Origin: an uncultured Trueperaceae bacterium
GTDB lineage: Bacteria; Deinococcota; Deinococci; Deinococcales; Trueperaceae
Assembly: GCA_963815215.1 (NCBI GenBank)
Contig: CAWFFU010000014.1
Coordinates: forward strand, 18,112-82,111
DNA: 64,000 nucleotides
Direction of reading: 5' to 3'
The position numbers and the translations under genes are program-made. Position 1 is the stretch's first letter; every line of letters starts with the position of its first letter. The notes beneath the pieces are model-generated. The model had not been told where the DNA came from. It saw only the letters and a list, made by a program, of their open reading frames with translations, and did no database searches. Shown one piece after another: positions 8,971 to 17,263 of the stretch.

Positions 8971-10899
8971 GTGACCCAGCACGCCGGCGCGGAGGGGGGA
9001 TCCCCCCCTCCGCGCCACCTCTACCAGCGCATCGAGGACGTCGTCGTCGCCATCGTGCGGGCCGTGGTGGTGGGGCTCCTCGTCGGCATCGTGTTCGCCA
9101 TCTCCTGGCAGGTGCTCACCCGCTACGTCCCGGGTCTGCCGGTGCCGCGCTGGACCGAGGAGGTCAGCCTCATCCTGATGGTGTGGCTCGCCATGGTCGG
9201 CAGCGCACTGGCCGTGCGCACCGGCGAGCATCTGGCCATGGACATCCTCCACCGGCAGGTCGACCCGCGCCTGCGAGCCCCCCTGGTGCGGCTGGTGTGG
9301 CTGCTCGCCGCCGCCTTCGGCGCCTACCTGGTCTGGTACGGCTGGGAGCTGTCGATGCGCACCATGATGCAGACCTTCTCGGCCACCAAGTGGCCGATCG
9401 GCTGGATGTACCTCGGCATCCCGGTCGGCGGCGTGCTGATGCTGTTCTTCTCGGCGAAGAACATCCTGCTGCCACCGCGGTCGTCCTACGACGAGGCGGA
9501 GGAGCGCACCACCGGCCGCAACCCGTTCGTCCGGATGGTGTTCCTCGTCATCTTGGTGGCACTGGTGGTCGGCGTGGTCGCCCTGTTCGGCGTCGACAGG
9601 CTCTTCGGCCCCATCGGGGCGCTGCTCGGCACCTTCGGCGTGCTGCTGGTGCTGGGCGTGCCGATCGCGTTCGGGCTGGGGATCGCCAGCCTGGTGACGG
9701 TGCTGTTGCTCGGCATCCCGCCGTTGATCGTCGCGCAACGCATGGCGAACGGCGTCAACTCGACGCCGTTGCTGGCCATCCCCTTCTTCATCATGGCGGG
9801 ACAGCTCATGGCCGAGGGCGGCATCGCCGCCCGCCTGGTCGACTTCGCGCGGGTCCTGGTAGGCCCCATCCGGGGTGGGCTGGCGATGGTCAACGTGGTC
9901 GCTTCGATGCTGTTCGGCGGGGCGTCCGGCTCGGCGGTGGGGGACGTCAGCGCCAACGGCTCGATCCTCATCCCCATGATGAAGCAGAAGGGCTACGACA
10001 CCGACTTCGCGGTCGGCATCACGGTCGCCAGCTCCACCCAGGGCCTCATCATCCCGCCCAGCCACAATGCCGTGATCTACTCGCTGGCGGCCGGCGGCGT
10101 GTCGATCGGCGCGCTCTTCCTGGGCGGCTACATCCCGGGCATCATGATCGGCCTGGGGCTGATGGTGGCGAGCTATCTGATCGCGCTGCGGCGCGGCTAC
10201 CCCTCCGAGCCGAGGCCGCCGCTGAGGCAGAGCGCGCGCATCTCGCTCGAGGCCATCCCCGCACTCGGCGTGGGCTTCATCATCGTCGGAGGCATCGCCT
10301 TCGGCTTCTTCACCGCCACCGAGGCCGCCGCCATCGGCACCGTCACCGCCTTCCTGGTGGGCGCCTTCGTGTACCGCGAGCTCACCCCCGGCAAGCTGTG
10401 GGGTGCGCTGCTGCAGTCGGTGCGGACCATCTCGATCGTCATCTTCCTGATCTCCACCGCCAGCGCCTTCGCCTGGCTCATGGCCTACCTGCGCATCCCG
10501 GCGCTGCTGGCATCCGGGCTGCTGTCGCTGACGCACGACCGGATCCTGCTGCTGCTGTTCATCAACATCCTGCTTCTGCTGCTGGGCGCGATCATGGACA
10601 TGGCGCCACTCATCCTGATCCTCACGCCGGTGCTGCTGCCCATCGTCACGGCGCCTCCCATCAACATGAACCCGGTGCACTTCGGGATCGTGCTGCTCAT
10701 GAACCTCGGCCTGGGGCTCACCACGCCGCCGGTCGGCACGGCGCTGTTCGTGGGGTGCGCCATCGGCAACATCCGCATCGAGCGCGCCAGCCGGGCGATG
10801 CTCTACCTGTGGCCGGCCATGGTCATCGTGCTGCTGTTGGTCACCTACGTGCCCTGGTTCGTCAACTTCCTGCCCGACCTTCTGCACGTCCTCCGGTGA
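8971..10899 (+). CDS. TRAP transporter fused small+large permease (DctQ-DctM)
   Basis: N-terminal DctQ (WTEEVS, GEHLAMD) fused to DctM (LLAIPFF, IIPPS, TATEAA, PVHFG, TTPPVG). Confidence 0.88.
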   Translation: MTQHAGAEGGSPPPRHLYQRIEDVVVAIVRAVVVGLLVGIVFAISWQVLTRYVPGLPVPRWTEEVSLILMVWLAMVGSALAVRTGEHLAMDILHRQVDPRLRAPLVRLVWLLAAAFGAYLVWYGWELSMRTMMQTFSATKWPIGWMYLGIPVGGVLMLFFSAKNILLPPRSSYDEAEERTTGRNPFVRMVFLVILVALVVGVVALFGVDRLFGPIGALLGTFGVLLVLGVPIAFGLGIASLVTVLLLGIPPLIVAQRMANGVNSTPLLAIPFFIMAGQLMAEGGIAARLVDFARVLVGPIRGGLAMVNVVASMLFGGASGSAVGDVSANGSILIPMMKQKGYDTDFAVGITVASSTQGLIIPPSHNAVIYSLAAGGVSIGALFLGGYIPGIMIGLGLMVASYLIALRRGYPSEPRPPLRQSARISLEAIPALGVGFIIVGGIAFGFFTATEAAAIGTVTAFLVGAFVYRELTPGKLWGALLQSVRTISIVIFLISTASAFAWLMAYLRIPALLASGLLSLTHDRILLLLFINILLLLLGAIMDMAPLILILTPVLLPIVTAPPINMNPVHFGIVLLMNLGLGLTTPPVGTALFVGCAIGNIRIERASRAMLYLWPAMVIVLLLVTYVPWFVNFLPDLLHVLR

Positions 10900-10941
10900 C
10901 GGTGGGGTGGGCGCGCTACGCAACCGGTGGCGGTACGACCA

Positions 10942-10970
10942 TGGACGTTCCAGACGCAGCGGGGTAGACT
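10942..10970 (+). promoter_or_regulatory. Sigma70-type promoter
   Basis: TGGACG-17bp-TAGACT; same -10 hexamer as the tRNA promoter at 62201. Confidence 0.55.
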
Positions 10971-10975
10971 TGAAT

Positions 10976-11091
10976 CCTGGACACGCGACCAGTGGGTGGG
11001 CGGAACGGAAGCCGCATGCGGCGTCTTCCGGGGGAGCCTTCGATGAGGGCTCGACGTCCTGCCCATAGCGGTCGGCTCCGGCGGCCGGAGC
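10976..11091 (+). ncRNA. Candidate structured RNA or 5' leader (three-way junction), family not recognised
   Basis: Begins just after a promoter; long closing stem enclosing two hairpins, followed by a 7-bp hairpin. Confidence 0.35.
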
Positions 11092-11203
11092 ACGCGGCCT
11101 CGCCGGAGGAAGCAGGTCGGCGCGTAACGCGTTGCCGTCAGACGAAGCCATGACGGAGGGGTGCTACGTTGACGCCGGCTTCACATGAAGGGAAAGGGGA
11201 ACC

Positions 11204-12502
11204 ATGAAGCGTATCGTCATCCTGTTCTCGTTGCTTGCCTTGCTCGGCAGCACCGCGCTGGCGCAGACGAAGATCGATTTCTTCGAAGCGTTCAGCACGG
11301 AGCGGCTGCAGTGGATCAAGGACCGCGCAGCCGAGTGGAACAAGCAGAACCCGAACTACGAGATCGTGGTCACGCCCAAGGCGTCCTACCGCGAGGTCCT
11401 CAACGCCGCCGTGCTGGGCGCCCGCCAGGGCAACCCGCCGGCGCTGGTGCAGCTCTTCGAGGTCGGCAGCCAGCAGGCCAAGGACTCGGGGCTGTTCATC
11501 CCGGTCGGCCAGATCCCCGGCAGCTTCGACACCAGCGACTACATCAAGCCGGTGCTCGACTACTACACCATCGACGGCACGGTGAACTCCATCCCGTTCA
11601 ACTCTTCGAACGCCGTGATGTTCGTCAACAAAGCCATGATGCAGAAGGCGGGCCTCGATCCCAACAACCCGCCCAAGACCTACACCGACGTGCTCAACGA
11701 CTGCGCCGCGCTGCGCGCCGCCGGTGACACCAAGGACAGCTGCATCACCTTCGCCCTGCACAGCTGGTTCTACGAGCAGTGGATGGCCGAGCAGAACGCG
11801 CCCCTGGTCAACAACGACAACGGCCGCAGCGGCCGCGCGACCCAGGTGCTGCTGACGAGCCAGCCCTCGCTGAACATCGTCAACTGGATCAAGGAACTCA
11901 ACGACAAGGGCTACTACACCTACACCGGCAAGCTCGAAGACTGGAACGGCAGCGAGGCCATCTTCACGCAGGGCCAGGCCATGTTCCACATCGACTCGAC
12001 CTCCGAGGTGAACGCCATCACCAAGGCCGGCAAGGACGGCGGCTGGGGCGCCGCCACCGCCGAGCTGCCCATCGCCGACAATGCGCCCCGTGAGGGCGTC
12101 GTCATCGGCGGCGCTTCGCTGTGGATCGCCAAGGGCGTGCCGCAGGACGTGCAGCAGGCCGCCCGCGACTTCGCGCTGTTCATGACCAACACCCAGAACA
12201 TGATCAGCTGGCACAAGCTCACCGGCTACTTCCCGGTGCGCATCAGCTCGGTCAACCAGCTCGACAAGGAAGGCTGGTTCCGCGACAACCCCAACTACGC
12301 CGTCGCGTTCAAGCAGCTCCTGAACACCAAGGCCTCGCCCGCCACGGCCGGCGCCCTGATGGGCCCGTTCCCGCAGGTGCGGACCATCATCGAGGAGGGC
12401 ATCCAGAAGGTCCTCAACGGTGCCTCGGTCGATTCCGCCATGGGTCAGGCGGAGAAGCTGGCCAACCAGGCGCTTCAGCAGTACAACAGCAACTTCCAGT
12501 AA
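11204..12502 (+). CDS. ugpB: ABC transporter substrate-binding protein, UgpB-like (glycerol-3-phosphate/sugar)
   Basis: Signal peptide; QLFEVGS, SIPFNSS, IGGASLW, WHKLTGYFP typical of UgpB. Confidence 0.75.
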   Translation: MKRIVILFSLLALLGSTALAQTKIDFFEAFSTERLQWIKDRAAEWNKQNPNYEIVVTPKASYREVLNAAVLGARQGNPPALVQLFEVGSQQAKDSGLFIPVGQIPGSFDTSDYIKPVLDYYTIDGTVNSIPFNSSNAVMFVNKAMMQKAGLDPNNPPKTYTDVLNDCAALRAAGDTKDSCITFALHSWFYEQWMAEQNAPLVNNDNGRSGRATQVLLTSQPSLNIVNWIKELNDKGYYTYTGKLEDWNGSEAIFTQGQAMFHIDSTSEVNAITKAGKDGGWGAATAELPIADNAPREGVVIGGASLWIAKGVPQDVQQAARDFALFMTNTQNMISWHKLTGYFPVRISSVNQLDKEGWFRDNPNYAVAFKQLLNTKASPATAGALMGPFPQVRTIIEEGIQKVLNGASVDSAMGQAEKLANQALQQYNSNFQ

Positions 12503-12510
12503 TGGCTTCG

Positions 12511-12542
12511 GAGCCGGCGGCGGGTCTTCCCGCCGCCGGCTC
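12511..12542 (+). terminator. Intercistronic 14-bp stem-loop after the SBP gene
   Basis: gagccggcggcggg-tctt-cccgccgccggctc. Confidence 0.6.
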
Positions 12543-12600
12543 TCCCTGACGTCCACGAGCGGCGCCGGCCCGTACCCCGGCGGCGTCGCAGGAGCCCAGA

Positions 12601-13539
12601 ATGAACGAGGGAACCCCCGTATTTAAGAGCCGGATGGCGGGCTGGCTGCTGCTGCTGCCCACGCTCATCATCCTGGTGATCTTCCTGTACTACCCCGCCG
12701 TCCAGTCGTTCGTCCTCAGCATGTACCGCAGCAACCTGATCCTGGGGACGCGCCGTTTCATCGGCCTGGAGAACTTCCGGCAGCTCTTCACCGGCCTGCT
12801 GGCGCCCGGGTACCGCCAGGTCGTGCTGCAGAGCATGGTGTTCAGCGCCTCGGTGGTGATCCTGGGACTCGCCATCAGCCTGGCGTTCGCGATGCTCGCC
12901 AACCAGAAGGTGACGGGCTCGCGCTTCTACCGCCTGCTGCTGATCTGGCCGTTCGCGCTGTCGCCCGCCATCGCCGGCACTATCTTCTCGTTCCTGTTCA
13001 ACCCGCAGGTAGGCGAGGTCAACCAGATCCTGTCGCGCCTGTTCGGCATCGCACCGCGCTGGCTGGACAACCCCCTGCTGGCGTTCGGACTGGTGGTCGG
13101 GGCGGCGATCTGGAAGGAACTCGGCTACAACGTTGTGTTCTATCTGGCGGCGTTGCAGAACATCCCGGGGGAGCTGTCGGAGGCGGCTGCCATCGACGGC
13201 GCCAACGCCTGGCAGCGCTTCCGAGCGGTGACGCTGCCGCTGCTGTCGCCGATGACCTTCTTCCTGGTGTTCACCAACCTGGCCTACGCCTTCTTCGAGG
13301 TCTTCGGCCTCATCGACATCCTCACGAAGGGCGGCCCCGTGGGTCCGAGCGCGCTCAATCTGGACAACGCGGGTCTGACGACGACCATGATCTACCGCCT
13401 GTATCAGGACGGCTTCGGCGGCAACGGCAGCCTAGGCTTCGCCGGTGCGCAGGGTGTGATCCTGCTGCTGCTGGTGGCCGTCATCACCGTGTTGCAGTTC
13501 CGCTACGGCGGGCGCAACGTTCACTATGGAGGGGGCTGA
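12601..13539 (+). CDS. ugpA: ABC permease, UgpA-like
   Basis: EAAAIDGA EAA loop; LLIWPFALSPAIAG; TKGGP; C-terminal VHYG. Confidence 0.8.
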   Translation: MNEGTPVFKSRMAGWLLLLPTLIILVIFLYYPAVQSFVLSMYRSNLILGTRRFIGLENFRQLFTGLLAPGYRQVVLQSMVFSASVVILGLAISLAFAMLANQKVTGSRFYRLLLIWPFALSPAIAGTIFSFLFNPQVGEVNQILSRLFGIAPRWLDNPLLAFGLVVGAAIWKELGYNVVFYLAALQNIPGELSEAAAIDGANAWQRFRAVTLPLLSPMTFFLVFTNLAYAFFEVFGLIDILTKGGPVGPSALNLDNAGLTTTMIYRLYQDGFGGNGSLGFAGAQGVILLLLVAVITVLQFRYGGRNVHYGGG

Positions 13540-13540
13540 G

Positions 13541-14467
13541 ATGGCGGCTCGCACAGTGAACGCCGGGGCCTCCGCGGGCAACGGACGGCGTCGGCGGACC
13601 CGTTGGCTCATCCATATCCTGCTGATCCTGAGCTGTCTGATCGTCACCGGGCCGATCCTCTTCGCCTTCATCAAGGCGACGCAGACGACGGCGCAGGTGC
13701 TGTCGCCGAGCATGATCCCCGGCGGCGAGCTGTGGCACAACGTCAAGACGGCCTGGGTGACCGCCGATCTCGGCGTCTACATGCGCAACTCGCTGATCAT
13801 CGCCTTCGCCGTGACGCTGGGCAAGACGATCCTGTCGCTGATGGCGGGCATGGCGCTGGTGTACTTCCGGATCCCGTTCAAGCCCATCGTCTTCGGCTTC
13901 ATCCTGCTGACGCTGATGATGCCCACGCAGGTGCTCATCGTGGGGCTGTTCGACCTGGTGTCGAAGCAGGCGCCGCCGACGTGGGTGGCGCTGCTCTCCT
14001 GGATCGCGCACCCGCTGGCGCCCACGGCCTACGGCTTCAATTGGTCGAACTCCTACTGGGCCATCATCGTGCCGTTCCTGGCCTCCGCGACCGGGGTGTT
14101 CCTGTTCCGGCAGCACTTCATGTCGATCCCGGTGAGCCTGGCCGACGCCGCCAAGATCGACGGCGCCGGCCCCATGCGCTTCCTGTTGAGCATCCTGGTG
14201 CCGATGAGCACCAACACCATCGGCGCGCTGGCCGTGATCCAGTTCGTCTACGTCTGGAACCAGTACCTGTGGCCGCTGGTCATCATCCGGCGCGCCGATC
14301 GGCAGGTGGTCCAGGTGGGCCTCAACCTGATCATCAGCACCGGGCAGGACACGGAGTGGGGGCTGGTGATGGCAGGTGCCATCCTGGCGCTCATCCCACC
14401 GCTGATCGTGTTCATGCTGCTGCAGGAGCAGTTCATGCGCGGGTTCGCGCTCTCCGCCGAGAAGTAG
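13541..14467 (+). CDS. ugpE: ABC permease, UgpE-like
   Basis: DAAKIDGAGP; ASATGVFLFRQHF; WNQYLWP; ATG 13541 follows a GGAGG RBS. Confidence 0.8.
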   Translation: MAARTVNAGASAGNGRRRRTRWLIHILLILSCLIVTGPILFAFIKATQTTAQVLSPSMIPGGELWHNVKTAWVTADLGVYMRNSLIIAFAVTLGKTILSLMAGMALVYFRIPFKPIVFGFILLTLMMPTQVLIVGLFDLVSKQAPPTWVALLSWIAHPLAPTAYGFNWSNSYWAIIVPFLASATGVFLFRQHFMSIPVSLADAAKIDGAGPMRFLLSILVPMSTNTIGALAVIQFVYVWNQYLWPLVIIRRADRQVVQVGLNLIISTGQDTEWGLVMAGAILALIPPLIVFMLLQEQFMRGFALSAEK

Positions 14468-14495
14468 TGCGGGGCGCCGGCGGCGGCGGAGGAGG

Positions 14496-15524
14496 CTAGC
14501 CCGCCTCGCTCGACTGCGCCCAGATGTTGATGCCGGCGTCGGTGGCGTGGCGGTCGATGTCGGCGAGCTCGTCCTCGCTGAATCCCAGGCGGTCGAGCGC
14601 CGCGACGTTCTCCTCGAGCTGACGGACGCTGCTGGCGCCGATCAGCACCGAGGTCACGCGCGGGTCGCGCAGCACCCAGGCGAGCGCCATCTGCGCCAGC
14701 GTCTGGCCGCGGCGCTCGGCGATGTCGTTGAGCGCGCGGACCTTGTGGAGGTTCTCCTCGCGCAGGAAGTCCTGCTTGAAGCTGTCGGCGCGCGTGACGC
14801 GGGCATCGTCGGGCACACCGCCGAGGTACTTGTCGGTGAGCAGACCCTGTGCCAGCGGCGAGAACGCGATGCAGCCCACCCCCTCGTCCTCCAGCACCGG
14901 CAGCAGCTCGGGCTCGACCCAGCGGTTGAGCATCGAGTAGGACGGCTGATGGATCAGGCAGGGGACACCCATCTCCCGCAGTATGCCGACCGCCTCGCGC
15001 GTCTTGGCCGCCGAGTACGACGAGATCCCGGCGTAGAGCGCCTTGCCCTGATGCACGGCCGACGCCAGCGCCCCCATGGTCTCCTCGAGGGGGGTGTTGG
15101 GGTCGAAGCGGTGCGAGTAGAAGATGTCGACGTAGTCGAGCCCCATGCGGTCCAGGCTCTGGTCGAGGCTGGCGCTGAGGTACTTGCGGGATCCCCACTC
15201 GCCGTAGGGGCCGGGCCACATCAGGTACCCCGCCTTGGTGGAGATGACGAGCTCGTCCCGGTAGGGCGCGAAGTCCTCGGCCAGGAAGCGCCCGAAGTGG
15301 GTCTCCGCGCTGCCCGGAGGGGGGCCGTAGTTGTTCGCCAGGTCGAAGTGCGTGATGCCCAGGTCGAAGGCGCGGCGCAGGATGGCGCGCTGGGTCTCGA
15401 TGGACCGGTCCTCGCCGAAGTTGTGCCACAGTCCGAGGGACACCGCCGGGAGGCGGAGGCCGCTGCGGCCGGTCGGCCGGTACTGCATCTGCTGGTAGCG
15501 ATCGGGAGCGGGACGGTAGTCCAC
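14496..15524 (-). CDS. Aldo-keto reductase, L-glyceraldehyde-3-phosphate reductase (YghZ/Gpr/MgrA) type
   Basis: SLGLWHNFG, THFDLANNYGPPPGSAE, ISTKAGYLMWPGPYGEWGSRKYL. Confidence 0.88.
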   Translation of the reverse strand: MDYRPAPDRYQQMQYRPTGRSGLRLPAVSLGLWHNFGEDRSIETQRAILRRAFDLGITHFDLANNYGPPPGSAETHFGRFLAEDFAPYRDELVISTKAGYLMWPGPYGEWGSRKYLSASLDQSLDRMGLDYVDIFYSHRFDPNTPLEETMGALASAVHQGKALYAGISSYSAAKTREAVGILREMGVPCLIHQPSYSMLNRWVEPELLPVLEDEGVGCIAFSPLAQGLLTDKYLGGVPDDARVTRADSFKQDFLREENLHKVRALNDIAERRGQTLAQMALAWVLRDPRVTSVLIGASSVRQLEENVAALDRLGFSEDELADIDRHATDAGINIWAQSSEAG

Positions 15525-15660
15525 GGGTGCCTCCTAGGGCGCCTTCACGGCGAGTGCCCTCACGGCCGCTCGGGCCGGGGCTCGGCGCCGGCATTGTACG
15601 CCGGGATGGGACGGGCTCCCGTCGGCCGGGGCGCGGTCCGGCGCGGGCCAGGGAGGGTAA

Positions 15661-15839
15661 GGGGTGTTCTCGGGGGCTGTAGCCGGAAGGCAAATCTGGC
15701 TTTCGGATCCCGCCGGTCGGTCGGCGCGAGCAGGCTCGCCGACGGCCGGTGGGCGGTCGGCGCCCTTCGGAGCGGGCGGGCGTCTCTTCGAGCGGAAGCC
15801 AGGCTTGACATTCAGGGGAGGGGTCCGGGGAACCCCCCC
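15661..15839. repeat. Dispersed inverted-repeat element, copy A (MITE/REP-like)
   Basis: Imperfect inverted arms with AAGCCAG-CTTGACRTTC-N14-GGGAACCCCCC motif around a central hairpin; homologous to 49797-49998. Confidence 0.6.
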
Positions 15840-15985
15840 GCATCGAGCGGTCCCCATCGAGTGGTCCCCCGTCGAGCGTCCCCGTACCGAGGAGCGGGCG
15901 CCGCCTAATTGGCGACGCCCGCTCGAGGGGTCGTGCTGGAGCCGGTGGGCAGCGCCCCTAGTGGAGCGCCCCTAGTGCGGCGTCC

Positions 15986-17263
15986 CTAGTGGGTGGTGCC
16001 GCCCGCGGTCCCGCCGGACGGACCCGCCGGCGGCGCCGTCAGGCGCTGGAGGCCGCCGCCGGCCCCTGACGCTCCGGAGCTGCTCGCCGCCGGCTTGGCG
16101 ATGAAGTCGGCCGGCTTCTTGCCGACCACGTCGCCAAGGCTCGAGCCCGAGATGCGCACGACGTAGGGCGAACCGGAGACGCGGACCGGGTAGAAGCCGG
16201 CCTTGTCCTTTGCCCCCACCGTGATCGTGGTGGTGGTCGCGGCAGCCGCGGCGGCCGGTTTCGCCGCCGGCTTGGAGGGTGCGCTCGTGCCGGTCGAGCT
16301 CGTGCTTGTCGAGCCCGTGCCGGTCGAGCCGGTGCTTGTCGAGTTCGTGCCCGTCGCGCTCGTGCCGGTCGAACCCTTGCCGGTCGAACCCTTGCCGGTC
16401 GAACTCGCCGCGGATCCGCTCGACGCCGCCGGCTTCGCAGGTTTCACGGTCGTCAGGGTGACCACCGCCAGCGGCTTGTCGAAGCCGTACGCGGGCTTGA
16501 CGGTCTTGCCCAGCGGCTCGTCGAGTTGCAGGCGCGTGAGGCTACCGGCCAGCGTGCTCACGGCGTGAGTGTCGAGCTGCTTGCCGCCCGCAAGGCCCTG
16601 CATCGACCAGCTGCCGGCGGCGTGCGTGAATACCAGGTCTCCGCTGGCGTTGCGGATCTCCATGCGTGTGAGGTTGGCCGGGTCGAGGTTCAGCACCGAG
16701 GTGTCGACGTAGCCCGCTGCGTCGGTGCGCGCGTCGCTGGCATGCAGCGCATGCGTGACGTACACGCCTTTGCCGCTGGCGAGGCGGATGTGGGTGCTGC
16801 CGTAGCTCGGTTCGGAGCCGATGAGCAGGGTCTCGCTGCCGCCGCCCTTGAGCGTCAGCGCGACCTTCTTCTGGAAGGTGTCCTTGGTCACTTTCAGGCG
16901 CTTGTAGGCGCTGGCGGTGGTGGCCACCAGGCCGCTGCGCTGGAGCCCCACGAGCTGTTGCAGGAAGTTCGTCACGCGCGCGCTCTGCGCCGGGAAGCCG
17001 CCCAGATCGGGCAGCACCCACTGGGTGCCGTCGCGCTTGAGCGTGACACTGCTACCGTCCGAGCCGGTCACCGTGAAGGCGGTGATGGCCGCGGTCGTGA
17101 CGTCCTTGCCGAGCAGCGGACCGGTGTTGGTCCTGGGCGGCCGCGCCACAGTGAGCAGCACCAGCGCCAGCAGCCCGAGCTGCACCAGCGCCATGACGGC
17201 CAGCCCCAGGTTGCCGCGGCGGGTGGTGGCGGGTGCGCGCAGGGTCCGTTCGGCGGCGCTCAC
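15986..17263 (-). CDS. DUF4340-like membrane-anchored protein of a Gld-type ABC system, with Ser/Thr/Gly-rich insert
   Basis: N-terminal TM helix, two repeated beta-rich domains; GTG start overlaps the upstream stop; usual third gene of gldA-gldF-gldG operons. Confidence 0.7.
   Translation of the reverse strand: MSAAERTLRAPATTRRGNLGLAVMALVQLGLLALVLLTVARPPRTNTGPLLGKDVTTAAITAFTVTGSDGSSVTLKRDGTQWVLPDLGGFPAQSARVTNFLQQLVGLQRSGLVATTASAYKRLKVTKDTFQKKVALTLKGGGSETLLIGSEPSYGSTHIRLASGKGVYVTHALHASDARTDAAGYVDTSVLNLDPANLTRMEIRNASGDLVFTHAAGSWSMQGLAGGKQLDTHAVSTLAGSLTRLQLDEPLGKTVKPAYGFDKPLAVVTLTTVKPAKPAASSGSAASSTGKGSTGKGSTGTSATGTNSTSTGSTGTGSTSTSSTGTSAPSKPAAKPAAAAAATTTTITVGAKDKAGFYPVRVSGSPYVVRISGSSLGDVVGKKPADFIAKPAASSSGASGAGGGLQRLTAPPAGPSGGTAGGTTH

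Noticed and set aside
11095..11122. GGAGGAAGCAG resembling the SRP RNA domain IV
   Set aside because: The partner CAGG strand and GNRA-capped helix are missing
15838..15991. Short repeats as a possible CRISPR array
   Set aside because: Units are 13-14 bp and tandem, with no unique spacers and no cas genes
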